Source of the DNA: Actinomycetota bacterium
GTDB lineage: Bacteria; Actinomycetota; Acidimicrobiia; IMCC26256; PALSA-610
Reading direction: 5' to 3'
Assembly (NCBI GenBank): GCA_046086225.1
Contig: JBJSXF010000178.1
Location: forward strand, 1-41,941
Length of the DNA stretch: 41,941 nt
The position numbers and the translations under genes are program-made. Below the pieces are notes generated by a model that had not been told where the DNA came from, searched no databases, and saw nothing but the letters and a program-made list of their open reading frames with translations. Shown piece after piece: positions 7,544 through 18,105 of the stretch. Positions within the stretch are counted from its first letter, which is position 1; every line of letters begins with the position of its first letter.

Positions 7544-10204
7544 TTGGCCACGAAGAAGATCCGGGTCTACGAGCTCGCCCGCGAGCTCGGCGTCGAGAAC
7601 AACGTCGTCGTCGAGCTGGCCAACGAGCTCAAGATCGGGGTGAAGAACCACTCCTCGAGCATCGACGACCCGTCCGCGGACCGCGTCCGGCGGTTGGCCG
7701 ACAGCCGCGGTCTCAAGCGCGAGGTGCCGCCCGAGCCCGAACCGGCACCCGAGCCGGTCGCCGAGCAGCCGACCGCACCCGAGCCCGGTCCTGCGCCCGA
7801 GCCGGCGGTCGAACGCCCGGCCGCGGCAGCCGAGAAGCCGGCGGTCGTGCGGTCGTCGCACCGCGTCGTCCGCTCCAGCCCTCAGCCCACGGTGCCCGAG
7901 CGTCCGATCGAGCGGCCCGCAGCCGCCGCTCCGCCGGTCGCGCCGGCGGCCCGACCGACTCCGCCGCCACCGCCCCGGCCTCCCGTCTCGCAGACGGGCA
8001 AGCCCATTCCGCCGCCGCCGGGTGTGCCGCGCACGCCGCCTCCGGGTCCGCGGGGCGGATTCGGGAGCCGGCCCGGAGGCCCGCGCCCCGGCGCGGGCAG
8101 CGGTGGTCCCGGTGGTCCGGGCGGCCCGCGTGGCGGCCCCGGTGGCCCCGGCGGCCCGCGTGGTGGGTTCGGTGGTGGTTTCGGCGGTCCCGGCGGCGGT
8201 CCCGGCGGCGGACCGGGTGGTGGGCCCGGCGCCCGGCCCGGCGCACCCGGTCGCGGTCGGGGCGGTCCCGGTGGCGGTCCCGGCGGATTCGCGGGCCGGG
8301 GACGGCCCGGTGGTCCGGCGCCGCGGCGCCGCAAGAAGCGGCGTCGTGACCCGAGCGAACTCGAGCCGGCATCGCAGCGGCTGACCCCCGCCGACGCTCC
8401 GGTCCCCGAGGGCGAGATCGTCGTCGCCCGCGGCAGCACGATCCAGGAGTTCGCGCCGAAGCTCAACCGTACGCCGGCCGATCTCGTCCGCATCCTCTTC
8501 GAGGCCGGCGAGATGGTCACGGCGACCGCCTCGCTCGCCGACGAGATGATCGAGCTCATCGCCGAGTCGCTCGGTGCCCAGGTGCTCATCGTCGAGCCCG
8601 GCAGCGAGCAGGAGGTCGAGCTCATCGCCCTCCTCACCGGCGACGACGAGGAAGACGACGAGGCCCTGCTCGAGCCGCGCCCGCCGGTCATCACCGTGAT
8701 GGGTCACGTCGATCACGGAAAGACGACGCTCCTCGACTACATCCGCAACGCGAACGTCGTGGCGGGCGAAGCCGGGGGCATCACCCAGCACATCGGTGCC
8801 TACCGGGTCGACCGGAGCGGGCGTCCGATCACCTTCATCGACACGCCGGGTCACGAGGCGTTCACGGCGATGCGCTCGCGGGGCGCCCAGGTCACCGACA
8901 TCGCGATCCTCGTGGTGGCGGCCGACGACGGGGTCATGCCCCAGACGGTCGAGGCGATCAACCACGCCCGCGCCGCCGAGGTGCCGATCGTCGTGGCGGT
9001 CACCAAGGCCGACCGCGAGGACGCCGACCCGAACCGGGTGCGCCAGCAGCTCACCGAGTACGAGCTCGTACCCGAGGAGTGGGGCGGCGACACCATCGTG
9101 GTCGACGTCGCGGCGCCCACGGGCGTCGGCGTCGAGGATCTCCTCGACTCGCTCATCCTCGTGAGCGACGCCTCGATCGCCGACGATCTCGTTGCCAACC
9201 CGGTCCGCCCGGCGAAGGCCTACGTGCTCGAGTCGTTCCTCGATCAGGGCCGCGGCCCGGTGGTGACGGCCCTCGTCGAGGAAGGCACCCTTCGGATCGG
9301 CGACACCATCGTCGCCGGTCCTGCCTGGGGTCGAGTGCGGGCGATGTTCGACGAGCGCGGTGACGCGGTCGACGAGGCGGGTCCGTCGGTCCCGGTGCAG
9401 GTCCTCGGGCTCGACGACGTGCCGCTCGCCGGTGACGAGCTGCGGGTGGCGCCGTCCGACAAGGTGGCCCGCACGGTGGCCGAGGCCCGTTCGCATCGGC
9501 GCAAGGTCGCTGCGCAGCGCAACCCGATGAGCATGGGTGGCGGCGCTCGCCTCGAGGACATCTTCGCGATGGTCCAGCGGGGCGAGGTGGCGACCCTCAA
9601 CCTCATCGTGAAGGCCGATGTCCAGGGCTCGCTGGAGGCGCTCACCGACGCGCTCCGCAAGCTCGACCAGGAGCACGACGAGGTGCGGTTGTCCTTCGTC
9701 CATCGCGGCGTGGGCGGTATCACCGAGTCCGACCTCAACCTCGCGGCCGTCTCGAACGCGACGGTGATCGGATTCAACGTCCGCCCCGATCGCAAGGCCC
9801 GTGAGGTCGCCGAGCGCGAAGGCGTCGAACTCCGCCTCTACGAGGTCATCTACAACGTCCTCGCCGACGTCAACAACGCGCTCGTGGGCATGCTCAAGCC
9901 CGAGTTCGAGGAGGTCGTCACCGGCGACGCCGAGGTGCGCGAGGTCTTCTCGGTGCCGCGGGTCGGCAAGATCGCCGGCTGCTACGTCACCTCCGGGGTG
10001 ATCGCCCGAGGCTCCAAGGTCCGCTTCCTCCGCGAGGGCACGATCATCTGGAAGGGGCAGATCGCGTCGCTGCGCCGGTTCAAGGAGGACGTGCGCGAGG
10101 TCCGCGACGGCTTCGAGTGCGGTATCGGGCTCGAGAACTACCAGGACCTCAAGCCCGGCGACGTCATCGAGACCTTCGAGGACCGCGAGATCGCCCGTAC
10201 GTGA
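7544..10204 (+). CDS. infB: Translation initiation factor IF-2
   Basis: TTG start after [18 protein letters not shown]-terminus, [51 protein letters not shown]. Confidence 0.97.
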   Translation: MATKKIRVYELARELGVENNVVVELANELKIGVKNHSSSIDDPSADRVRRLADSRGLKREVPPEPEPAPEPVAEQPTAPEPGPAPEPAVERPAAAAEKPAVVRSSHRVVRSSPQPTVPERPIERPAAAAPPVAPAARPTPPPPPRPPVSQTGKPIPPPPGVPRTPPPGPRGGFGSRPGGPRPGAGSGGPGGPGGPRGGPGGPGGPRGGFGGGFGGPGGGPGGGPGGGPGARPGAPGRGRGGPGGGPGGFAGRGRPGGPAPRRRKKRRRDPSELEPASQRLTPADAPVPEGEIVVARGSTIQEFAPKLNRTPADLVRILFEAGEMVTATASLADEMIELIAESLGAQVLIVEPGSEQEVELIALLTGDDEEDDEALLEPRPPVITVMGHVDHGKTTLLDYIRNANVVAGEAGGITQHIGAYRVDRSGRPITFIDTPGHEAFTAMRSRGAQVTDIAILVVAADDGVMPQTVEAINHARAAEVPIVVAVTKADREDADPNRVRQQLTEYELVPEEWGGDTIVVDVAAPTGVGVEDLLDSLILVSDASIADDLVANPVRPAKAYVLESFLDQGRGPVVTALVEEGTLRIGDTIVAGPAWGRVRAMFDERGDAVDEAGPSVPVQVLGLDDVPLAGDELRVAPSDKVARTVAEARSHRRKVAAQRNPMSMGGGARLEDIFAMVQRGEVATLNLIVKADVQGSLEALTDALRKLDQEHDEVRLSFVHRGVGGITESDLNLAAVSNATVIGFNVRPDRKAREVAEREGVELRLYEVIYNVLADVNNALVGMLKPEFEEVVTGDAEVREVFSVPRVGKIAGCYVTSGVIARGSKVRFLREGTIIWKGQIASLRRFKEDVREVRDGFECGIGLENYQDLKPGDVIETFEDREIART
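8040..8320 (+). repeat. Low-complexity Gly/Pro/Arg-coding repeats in the IF-2 N-terminal linker
   Basis: Imperfect tandem GGPGG/GPRGG units (ggtggtccc, ggcggcccg...). Typical of actinobacterial IF-2. Confidence 0.75.
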
Positions 10205-10280
10205 TCGCACCCGGATGCTCGTGCGCCCGGGTGCTCAGGTCGACCCGCCGGTCGGCGGCCGACGGCGCGAAGATGGCCTC

Positions 10281-10577
10281 GTGCACGCTGCGGCCGCCTG
10301 CTTCGATCTCCACGTCCCTCAGAGCCGTTCGCTGAAGGCGAAGCGAGCGGCGATCCGGCCGATCATCGACGGTTTGCGCCACCGCTTCCCGGTCTCGGTC
10401 GCCGAGGTCGGGCATCAGGACCGCAGCCAGCGGGCCGCGATCGGCGTGGCGGTGGTCACCGCCGGTGAGGCCCGGGCCCGCGAGGTGCTCGCCTCGGTGG
10501 AGCGCTTCGTGGTGGCCGCTCCCGACGTCGAGCTGATCGATGTCGCCACCGCCTGGCTCGACCCGGAGGCGCCATGA
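10281..10577 (+). CDS. DUF503 (YlxP-like) protein
   Basis: HAAAACFDLHVPQSRSLKAKRAAIRPIIDGLRHRFPVSVAEVGHQD, with SLKxKR and SVAEV motifs. Located between infB and rbfA. The GTG 10281 start is inferred. Confidence 0.88.
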   Translation: MHAAAACFDLHVPQSRSLKAKRAAIRPIIDGLRHRFPVSVAEVGHQDRSQRAAIGVAVVTAGEARAREVLASVERFVVAAPDVELIDVATAWLDPEAP

Positions 10578-10984
10578 GGCCCCAGAAGCGATATCCGCGT
10601 ACGGCCCGGCTGAACGAGTCGATCCTCGAGGTGCTCGCCGACGAGCTCGAGCGCATGAACGACCCTCGGCTCGAGCTCCTGACGTTCACGGGCGTGGAGG
10701 TGAGCCGCGACCTCTCCCACGCGACCGTCTTCTTCTCGACCCTCGGCCGCGGCACCGGGCGGGCGGACGACGGGGGAGCGGCCTCGGCGGCCGCCGCCCT
10801 GGAATCGGCGGCCCCCCACCTGCGGGGGGTGCTGGGGCGCGCGCTGCGCATCCGCCAGGTGCCCCGCTTGGCCTTCGCGGTCGATCACGGGATCGAATCG
10901 GGCCAGCGGATCGACGAGCTCCTGCGCCGGATGAACGCCGACGATCCGGACTCCGGCGGCGCCGGGAGCGGGGAGACAGCGTGA
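10574..10984 (+). CDS. rbfA: Ribosome-binding factor A
   Basis: YPRTARLNE, DPRL, VEVSRDLSHATVF, LRIRQVPRLAFAVD. ATGA overlap with DUF503. Confidence 0.95.
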   Translation: MRPQKRYPRTARLNESILEVLADELERMNDPRLELLTFTGVEVSRDLSHATVFFSTLGRGTGRADDGGAASAAAALESAAPHLRGVLGRALRIRQVPRLAFAVDHGIESGQRIDELLRRMNADDPDSGGAGSGETA

Positions 10985-11982
10985 GCGCCGCGCACGATGT
11001 CGACGGGGCGGCGATCGCGGCGGCGGTCGATCGGGCGGCGGCCCTCATCGGCGGCGCCACCGAGGTCGCGCTGGCGTGCCACGTCGGCCCCGACGGCGAT
11101 GCCCTCGGCTCGATGCTGGCGCTGCACCATGCGCTCTCGGCGGCGGGTGTCCGGAGCGTGGCGTCGTTCCCCGAGCCGTTCACCATCGCCGACCATTACC
11201 GCGGCCTCCCCGGTCTCGATCGGCTCGTACCTCCGGCCGACTTCCCGGCCGAGCCCGAGGTGATGGTCACCTTCGACTGCGGCTCGCTCGCTCGGCTCGG
11301 TGGGTTGGAGCAGGCCGCGAAGGCGGCCGCCGAGCTCGTGGTGATCGACCATCACGTCTCGAACGACCGTTACGGATCCGTCAACGTGGTCGACCCGACG
11401 GCTGCCGCGAGCGGGGTCGTCGTGCGGCGGCTGCTCGGCCGCATGGGTCTCCCGCTCGACCGGGACGTGGCGACCTGTCTCTATGTGGCGCTGGTCTGCG
11501 ACACGGGCCGCTTCCAGTACGAGGCGACCGACGCCGCCGTCTTCTCGCTCGCGGCCGAGCTCGCCGAGTTCGGCCTCCCGATCGCCGAGCTCTCGCGCCA
11601 GCTGTTCGAGGAGCATTCGTTCGCCTACCTCCGGCTGCTCGCCGACGCGCTGGCCCGCACCGAGCTGCGGGCCGACACCGGTCTCGTCTGGACCTCCGTC
11701 ACCCAGGCCGACCTGGCCGGGGCCGGCGTCGCGTACGAGGAGGTCGAGGGCCTGATCGACGTGGTCCGCCGGGCCCGGGAAGCCGAGGTCGCCTGCGTCC
11801 TCAAGGAAGCAGCCGACGGAGCCTGGCGGGTCAGCCTCCGCTCGCTCGGCACGGTCGACGTGTGTCGCATCGCCGAGGCTCACGGCGGCGGCGGGCACCA
11901 CTTCGCGGCCGGCTTCACCACCGACGAGCCGGCCGACGCCGTGATCGGGTCGATCGCGGCGGCGATCGCCGGATCGCGCTGA
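10981..11982 (+). CDS. nrnA: DHH/DHHA1 phosphoesterase (NrnA / c-di-AMP phosphodiesterase-like)
   Basis: HVGPDGDALGS, IDHH, DTGRF, VSLRS and GGGGHHFAAG motifs. GTGA overlap with rbfA. Confidence 0.88.
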   Translation: MSAAHDVDGAAIAAAVDRAAALIGGATEVALACHVGPDGDALGSMLALHHALSAAGVRSVASFPEPFTIADHYRGLPGLDRLVPPADFPAEPEVMVTFDCGSLARLGGLEQAAKAAAELVVIDHHVSNDRYGSVNVVDPTAAASGVVVRRLLGRMGLPLDRDVATCLYVALVCDTGRFQYEATDAAVFSLAAELAEFGLPIAELSRQLFEEHSFAYLRLLADALARTELRADTGLVWTSVTQADLAGAGVAYEEVEGLIDVVRRAREAEVACVLKEAADGAWRVSLRSLGTVDVCRIAEAHGGGGHHFAAGFTTDEPADAVIGSIAAAIAGSR

Positions 11983-12001
11983 GCGGCCCCGGAGCGGCAC
12001 G

Positions 12002-12889
12002 GTGATCGACGGTCTGGTCGTGGTCGACAAGGAGCCGGGCTGGACGAGTCACGACGTCGTGGCCAAGTTGCGCGGCGTCTTCGGACAGCGACGCGTCGGG
12101 CACGCGGGAACCCTCGATCCGGCGGCGACCGGAGTGCTGCTCGTCGGCCTGGGCCGGGTGACCCGGCTCCTCCGCTACCTGCAGGAGACGACCAAGTCCT
12201 ACACGGGCCGGGTCGTCTTCGGCGTCGGCACCGACTCGCTCGACGCCGATGGGGTCGAGGTCGCCCGAGTCGAGATGGCGCTGACCCGGGAGGCGGTCGA
12301 GCTCGCGTCCACGAGCTTCGTCGGTGCCCTCGAGCAGGTGCCGCCGATGGTCTCGGCCCTGAAGGTCGGCGGGCGCCGACTCCACGCCCTCGCCCGGGAG
12401 GGGATCGAGGTGGAACGCGCGCCGCGCGCCGTGCGGATCGACTCGATCACGGTCGACGACTTCGTCCCCGGGTCCTTCCCCGAGGCGACGATCTCGGTCA
12501 CCTGCTCGAGCGGCACCTACATCCGGTCGCTCGCCGCGGATTTGGGCGCGCACCTCGGGGGACCGGCCCATCTGGCAGCCCTCCGGCGGACTGCGGTCGG
12601 CTCGTTCACGCTCGCCGAGGCTCGCTCGCTCGGGGTGATCGCCGGCAATCCGGCGGCGGCGGTGGTCGGCCCGGCGGCGGCATTGCGTGACCTCGACCGC
12701 CTCACCGCCGACCGGGCCACGGCGGGGGCGATCGGGCACGGCGCTCGGTTCCCGGTCGATGCGCTCGGGGCGAGCGGCGACGGCCCGTTCGCGGTCGTCG
12801 ACGAGGGCGGTGCGCTCCTCGCCGTCTACGAGCGTCGGGGCGAAGGGCTGAAGCCGACGGTGGTGCTGGCGACGGAGGTGACCGGGTGA
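12002..12889 (+). CDS. truB: tRNA pseudouridine(55) synthase
   Basis: DKEPGWTSHDVV, VGHAGTLDPAATGVL, QVPPMVSALKVGG, CSSGTYIRSLA. Confidence 0.96.
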   Translation: MIDGLVVVDKEPGWTSHDVVAKLRGVFGQRRVGHAGTLDPAATGVLLVGLGRVTRLLRYLQETTKSYTGRVVFGVGTDSLDADGVEVARVEMALTREAVELASTSFVGALEQVPPMVSALKVGGRRLHALAREGIEVERAPRAVRIDSITVDDFVPGSFPEATISVTCSSGTYIRSLAADLGAHLGGPAHLAALRRTAVGSFTLAEARSLGVIAGNPAAAVVGPAAALRDLDRLTADRATAGAIGHGARFPVDALGASGDGPFAVVDEGGALLAVYERRGEGLKPTVVLATEVTG

Positions 12890-13842
12890 AGGTGTGGACC
12901 GACCTCGGGGCCCTGGCCGGGGCTCCCACCGAACGGGCCGTGACGATCGGCGCGTTCGACGGTGTGCATCTCGGGCACCGGGCGGTGCTGCGGCTCGTGC
13001 ACGACCTGGCCCGGGCCCGGGGCCTGTCGGCCACCGTCCTCACCTTCGACCGGCATCCGGCCGAGGTCGTCCGGGTCGAGTCGGCACCCCGCCTGCTCAC
13101 GACCCCGGAGCAGAAGCTCGAGCTGCTCGGGGCGACCGGATCGGTCGACGAGGTGGTCGTGCTCCCGTTCGACGAGGCCCGGAGCAAGGAGACGGCCGAG
13201 GAGTTCGTGGAGGAGTTCCTCGCGGCGACCCTCCGGGCCCGCCTCGTCGTCGTCGGTGCCGATTTCCACTTCGGCTTCGGCCGGCGGGGCGACGTGCCGC
13301 TCCTCCAGCGCATGGGTGCCGACCTGGGGTTCGAGACCATCGGGCTCGGGCTCGTCGCCTCACCCGACGGCCGAGAAGCCGCGCCGGGGCGAGCGCCCTA
13401 CTCCTCGACCCGGGTCCGGGCCCTCGTCTCGGCCGGGGACGTCGAGGGTGCGGCCACGGTGCTCGGGCGGCCGCACGAGGTCCGGGGGGTCGTCGAGCAC
13501 GGTGACGCCCGAGGTCGCGAGCTCGGGTTCCCGACCGCCAACGTGGCGGTTCCCGAACGGGCGTGCCTCCCCGCCGACGGCGTGTACGCGGGCACCCTCA
13601 CCGCCGCCGACGGCACGGAGCGGCTCGCGGCCTGCTCGATCGGCCGCCGCCCGACCTTCTACGCCGACAACGGGCTGCTCCTGCTGGAGGTCTACGTGCT
13701 CGACTTCACGGGCGACCTCTACGGTCAGCCGGTCCGGGTGCGGTTCCACCGGCGGCTGCGGGGCCAGGAGCGCTTCGAGCGGGTCGAGGACCTCGTCGAA
13801 CGGATGCAGCTGGACGTGGAGCGGGTGCGGGCCGGTCGCTGA
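12886..13842 (+). CDS. ribF: Bifunctional riboflavin kinase/FAD synthetase
   Basis: [42 protein letters not shown]. Confidence 0.96.
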   Translation: MKVWTDLGALAGAPTERAVTIGAFDGVHLGHRAVLRLVHDLARARGLSATVLTFDRHPAEVVRVESAPRLLTTPEQKLELLGATGSVDEVVVLPFDEARSKETAEEFVEEFLAATLRARLVVVGADFHFGFGRRGDVPLLQRMGADLGFETIGLGLVASPDGREAAPGRAPYSSTRVRALVSAGDVEGAATVLGRPHEVRGVVEHGDARGRELGFPTANVAVPERACLPADGVYAGTLTAADGTERLAACSIGRRPTFYADNGLLLLEVYVLDFTGDLYGQPVRVRFHRRLRGQERFERVEDLVERMQLDVERVRAGR

Positions 13843-13853
13843 CCCGGCCTCCG

Positions 13854-13862
13854 TGGTACGCT
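13854..13862 (+). promoter_or_regulatory. Extended -10 promoter element for rpsO-pnp
   Basis: TGG-TACGCT (TGn-TAnnnT) about 38 nt upstream of the rpsO ATG. Confidence 0.5.
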
Positions 13863-13900
13863 CTCCCGTCCCATCCGTACCGGGAAGGTTCCCCGCGCGC

Positions 13901-14158
13901 ATGCCCGATAAGGCCGCAGCCATCACCGAGCACCGTCTCCACGACACCGACACGGGGTCGGCGGAGGTGCAGATCGCGATCCTCACTCAGCGGATCCAGC
14001 ACCTCACGGAGCACATGAAGGTCCACAAGAAGGACTTTCACACCCAGCGGGGGCTCCTGATGCTCGTCGGCCGTCGGCGCCGGATGCTCGACTACCTGCG
14101 GCGCAACGACGTCGACCGGTACCGGGCGATCATCGCCAAGCTGGGCATCCGCCGGTAG
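13901..14158 (+). CDS. rpsO: 30S ribosomal protein S15
   Basis: [66 protein letters not shown]. Confidence 0.97.
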   Translation: MPDKAAAITEHRLHDTDTGSAEVQIAILTQRIQHLTEHMKVHKKDFHTQRGLLMLVGRRRRMLDYLRRNDVDRYRAIIAKLGIRR

Positions 14159-14199
14159 GGACATCGGCGACGGTTCCGTCGCCGCCAGCACTGACATTC

Positions 14200-14292
14200 G
14201 CGGGAGCGAGGTCGGTTGCCGGTTGCGAGCGCCCGGACCCCAGCAGGGGGGAGGCCCGGACGTTCGCAACTGGGAACCGGGCCCTCTCTCGC
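14200..14292 (+). promoter_or_regulatory. Long stem-loop in the pnp leader (likely RNase III processing site)
   Basis: 14210-14236 pairs with 14256-14283 (about 25 bp with two mismatches and G-U pairs), extended by GCGGGAG/CTCTCGC. A smaller hairpin GGCGACGG-TT-CCGTCGCC sits at 14166-14183. RNase III hairpins in rpsO-pnp spacers are known in E. coli and Streptomyces. Confidence 0.7.
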
Positions 14293-14316
14293 ACGACAAG
14301 AGAGGAGCGCGCCGCC

Positions 14317-16791
14317 ATGAGCGACGACGCCATCCGCGTATCCGGCCCGATCAACGCCGAGGGTCTCGAGATGACCCTCGAGACGGGGAAACTCGCCCAA
14401 CTCGCCCACGGTGCGGTCGTCGTGAAGGTCGGCGGCGCCACCGTGCTGTCCACCGTCGCGACGTCGAAGCCCCGGGAGGGCATCGACTTCTTCCCGCTCA
14501 CCGTCGACGTCGAAGAGCGCATGTACGCCGCGGGCAAGATCCCCGGCTCGTTCTTCCGCCGCGAGGGTCGGCCCGGTGAGCACGCCATCCTGACCGCCCG
14601 CCTCACCGACCGCCCGCTGCGGCCGTCGTTCCCCGACGACTTCCGCAACGAGGTCCAGGTCATCGCCACGGTCCTCGGCGTCGATCTCGAGAACCCGCAC
14701 GACGTCCCCTCGATCAACGGCGCGTCGGCGGCCCTCACCGTCTCGGGCATTCCCTTCAACGGCCCGATCGGCGCGGTGCGGCTCGCCCACATCGACGGCG
14801 CCTGGCACGCCCACCCCACCTTCCAGGAGGGCGACGCCTCGACCTTCGAGATCGTGGTGGCCGGTCGTGCGCTCGACAACGGCGATGTCGCGATCATGAT
14901 GGTCGAAGCCGGTGGCACCGAGGGTGCTTGGGAGCTGTACGAGGCCGGTGCCCCGAAGGTCACCGAGGAGACCATCGCCGAGGGCCTCGAGGAGTCGAAG
15001 CGCTGGATCAAGGCGTCGATCGACCTCCAGCTCCAGCTGCGGGAGGCCTACGAGGCGGCCCGCGGCCCGATCGAGCCGATCAACTACCTGCCCGCAGTCG
15101 ACTACTCGCCCGGCGTTTACGCCGCGGTGAAGGCCCATGCCGAAGCCGACACCGCCGCGGCGATGGCCACCGCCGACAAGACCGCCCGCAACGAGCGACT
15201 CGCCTAGATCGAGGCCTCGACCCTCGCGACCCTCGTGGGCACGGTCGACGCGCCCGGACCGCACCCCGAGGAGGCGGTCGCGGTGAAGCGAGCCTTCCGG
15301 TCCCTCCAGAAGGAGGTCACCCGTCGCCGCATCGTCAACGAGGGCGTGCGGATCGACGGTCGGGCCCCGGCCGACATCCGGCCGCTCTCGGCCGAGGTCG
15401 GTGTCGTGGCCACGGCGCACGGCACCGGGCTGTTCAAGCGCGGCGAGACCCAGGTGCTCTCGGTCGTGACCCTCGGCATGCCCCGCATGGAGCAGATGCT
15501 CGACACCATCACGGTGGACGAGAAGAAGCGCTACATGCACCACTACAACTTCCCGCCCTTCTCCACCGGTGAGACCGGTCGCGTCGGCAGCCCGAAGCGC
15601 CGTGAGATCGGGCACGGGGCGCTCGCCGAGCGGGCCCTCCTCCCGGTCGTGCCGAGTAAGGAGGAGTGGCCTTACACCCTGCGGGTCGTCTCCGACGTGC
15701 TCGCCTCGAACGGCTCCACCTCGATGGCCTCGGTGTGCGGTTCGACGCTCTCGCTCATGGACGCGGGCGTCCCGCTGAAGGCGCCGGTCGCGGGCATCGC
15801 GATGGGCCTCGTCTACGCCGAGGGCAAGTACACGACGCTCACCGACATCCTCGGGGCCGAGGATGCGTTCGGCGACATGGACTTCAAGGTCGCCGGCACC
15901 GCCGAGTTCGTGACCGCGCTCCAGCTCGACACCAAGATCGACGGCATTCCGGCCGACGTGCTCGCCCAGGCCCTGCTCCAGGCGAAGGAAGCCCGCCTCG
16001 CGATCCTCGGGGTGATGGGCGGCGCGATCGCCGAGCCTCGTTCGGATGTCCGCGACACCGCACCGAAGATCATCAGCTTCGAGATCCCGCTCGACAAGAT
16101 CGGCGAGGTCATCGGGCCCAAGGGCAAGGTCATCAACACCATCCAGCAAGAGACCGGCGCCGACATCACCGTGGCCGATGACGACGGCGTGGGCATCGTC
16201 TCGATCGGCTCGAAGGACGGCGCCGCGGTCACCGAGGCCCGGCGGCGGATCGAGCTCATCCTCGACCCACCGACCGCCGAGGTCGGTGAGGTGTACGAGG
16301 GCCGGGTCGTGAACATCACGTCGTTCGGCGCCTTCGTGAACATCCTCCCGGGCCGGGACGGCCTCGTGCACATCTCGAAGCTCGGTCGGGGCAAGCGCAT
16401 CGACCGGGTCGAGGACGTCCTCTCGCTCGGCGACGAGATCACCGTGAAGGTCGACGACATCGATCAGAAGGGCAAACTCTCGCTCTCCCTCGTGGGGGAG
16501 GACGGCGAGGACACCGCACCGACTGGGGGCGGCGGCGCGGCGCGTGCGCCCCGTGAGGCCCGGGAATCCCGCGAGCCCCGCGAGTCCCGCGAGTCCCGTC
16601 CGGCGTCCTCGGGCGCTTCGTTCGAGGACTTCTGGGAGGAGCAGGCCCGCGACGAGTTCGGGGATCTCGGCCCGGGTGAGGACCGCGACCGTGGCGGAGA
16701 CCGCGGTGGCGACCGCGGCGGTGACCGCGGGCGGAGCCGGGGTGGCCGCGGTGGCGGGCGCGGCGGCGGTCGGGGACCGCGCCGCTCCTGA
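14317..16791 (+). CDS. pnp: Polyribonucleotide nucleotidyltransferase (PNPase), interrupted by in-frame TAG at 15205-15207
   Basis: ORFs 14317-15207 and 15235-16791 share one frame. Motifs [71 protein letters not shown], then KH (VIGPKGK) and S1 domains. Confidence 0.93.
16543..16734 (+). repeat. Tandem 9-nt (RE-x) and 12-nt (DRGG) coding repeats in the PNPase C-terminal tail
   Basis: cgtgaggcc/cgggaatcc/cgcgagccc/cgcgagtcc/cgcgagtcc at 16552-16596. gaccgtggcgga/gaccgcggtggc/gaccgcggcggt/gaccgcgggcgg at 16687-16734. Confidence 0.8.
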
Positions 16792-16810
16792 CCGGAGACC
16801 GACCCGGCCC

Positions 16811-18055
16811 GTGACCGAGGGCATCGTCCGCAGTCGGCAGCCGTCGGGCCTGCGCGTCGTCACCGAATCGCTGCCCGCGCTGCGGTCGGTGACGATCGGA
16901 GCCTGGGTCGGCAGCGGGGCTCGCGACGAGGGGCCGACGGAGTGGGGCGCCAGCCACTTCCTCGAGCACCTGCTGTTCAAGGGCACGCCGACGCGGTCGG
17001 CACGGGACATCGCCGAGTCGATCGAGTCGGTCGGCGGCGAGATGAACGCGTTCACCACCCACGAACAGACGGTCTTCCACATCCGGGTACCCGATTCCCG
17101 CCTCGGACTCGCGCTCGAGGTGCTCGCCGACGTGCTGGCCGCGCCCGCCTTCCGGGCCGACGAGGTCGAGTCGGAGCGGCGGGTGATCCTCGAGGAGATC
17201 GGGATGCGCGACGACGATCCCGACGACGTCGTTCACGAGGCGTTCGCCGCCGCGCTCTTCCCGGATCACCCCCTCGGCCGCGAGGTCGTGGGCAGCGTCG
17301 ATTCGATCAGCGGCATGGACCGCGAGGTCATCGCCGACTACCACCGTTCCCACTACCGCCCGTCGAACATGGTGTTCGCCGCCGCCGGCAACCTCACGCA
17401 CGACACGGTCACCGGGTTCCTCGCCGAGCATCTGCCCGACGACCCGACGGTTCGGCCGGAACGGCCGTCGGGCGACCCGGCCCCGCCCCGTGAGCGGATC
17501 TGCGTCTCCCGCGACACCGAGCAATCCCACGTGGTGCTCGGAGTGCGGGCGCTGCCTGCGCTCGATCCCGACCGGTACGCGCTCACGGTGCTCAACCAGT
17601 GCTTCGGGGGCGGGATGTCATCACGGCTCTTCCAGGAGGTGCGGGAGAAGCGCGGGCTCGCGTACTCCGTCTACTCCTACTGGGCCGGGTTCGCGGACGC
17701 CGGTGCCTTCGGCATCTACGCAGGTACCGCGCCCGAACGGCTCCCCGAGGTGCTCGAGGTGGTCGAAGCCGAACTCGAGCGGCTCGTCGCCGACGGGATC
17801 GGGGCCGACGAGCTGGCGGCCGCCAAGGGGCATCTCACGGGCGCGCTCTCGATGTCGTTGGAGACCTCGGCCAGCCGGATGCGTCGGCTCGGGCGCGCCG
17901 AGCTGCTCGAGGGCGAGATCCCGTCGCTCGACGAGATCGTGCAGCGGGTCGAGCGGGTGACCGGCGACGACGTGGCCCGGGTCATCGACCGGTGCTTCGC
18001 CGGGACTTCCCGGACGCTGGCACTCGTCGGACCCCACGACGAGGCCTCCCTCTGA
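16811..18055 (+). CDS. M16 family (pitrilysin-like) zinc metallopeptidase
   Basis: GASHFLEHLLFKGT inverted zinc motif, NAFT, GGGMSSRLFQEVREKRGLAYSVYS. Conserved position after pnp. Confidence 0.93.
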   Translation: MTEGIVRSRQPSGLRVVTESLPALRSVTIGAWVGSGARDEGPTEWGASHFLEHLLFKGTPTRSARDIAESIESVGGEMNAFTTHEQTVFHIRVPDSRLGLALEVLADVLAAPAFRADEVESERRVILEEIGMRDDDPDDVVHEAFAAALFPDHPLGREVVGSVDSISGMDREVIADYHRSHYRPSNMVFAAAGNLTHDTVTGFLAEHLPDDPTVRPERPSGDPAPPRERICVSRDTEQSHVVLGVRALPALDPDRYALTVLNQCFGGGMSSRLFQEVREKRGLAYSVYSYWAGFADAGAFGIYAGTAPERLPEVLEVVEAELERLVADGIGADELAAAKGHLTGALSMSLETSASRMRRLGRAELLEGEIPSLDEIVQRVERVTGDDVARVIDRCFAGTSRTLALVGPHDEASL

Positions 18056-18105
18056 CCCGAGCGGTCGCATCGGCCCACCGGCTCGGCCGGTAGCGTTCGG
18101 TTCGC

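Noticed and set aside
15205-15207. Genome-wide TAG reassignment or pyrrolysine insertion as the explanation of the pnp stop
   Set aside because: TAG ends rpsO, ylxR, the LivM-like permease and the SBP at the expected positions, and no pyl genes or suppressor tRNA are in the window.
14092-17082. Very long antisense ORFs (996 aa opposite pnp, 899 aa opposite infB, 801 aa opposite desaturase/rnj, 732 aa opposite sir, 596 aa opposite proS)
   Set aside because: They mirror well-supported genes and have no recognisable motifs. Long stop-free antisense frames are expected from high GC3 codon bias.
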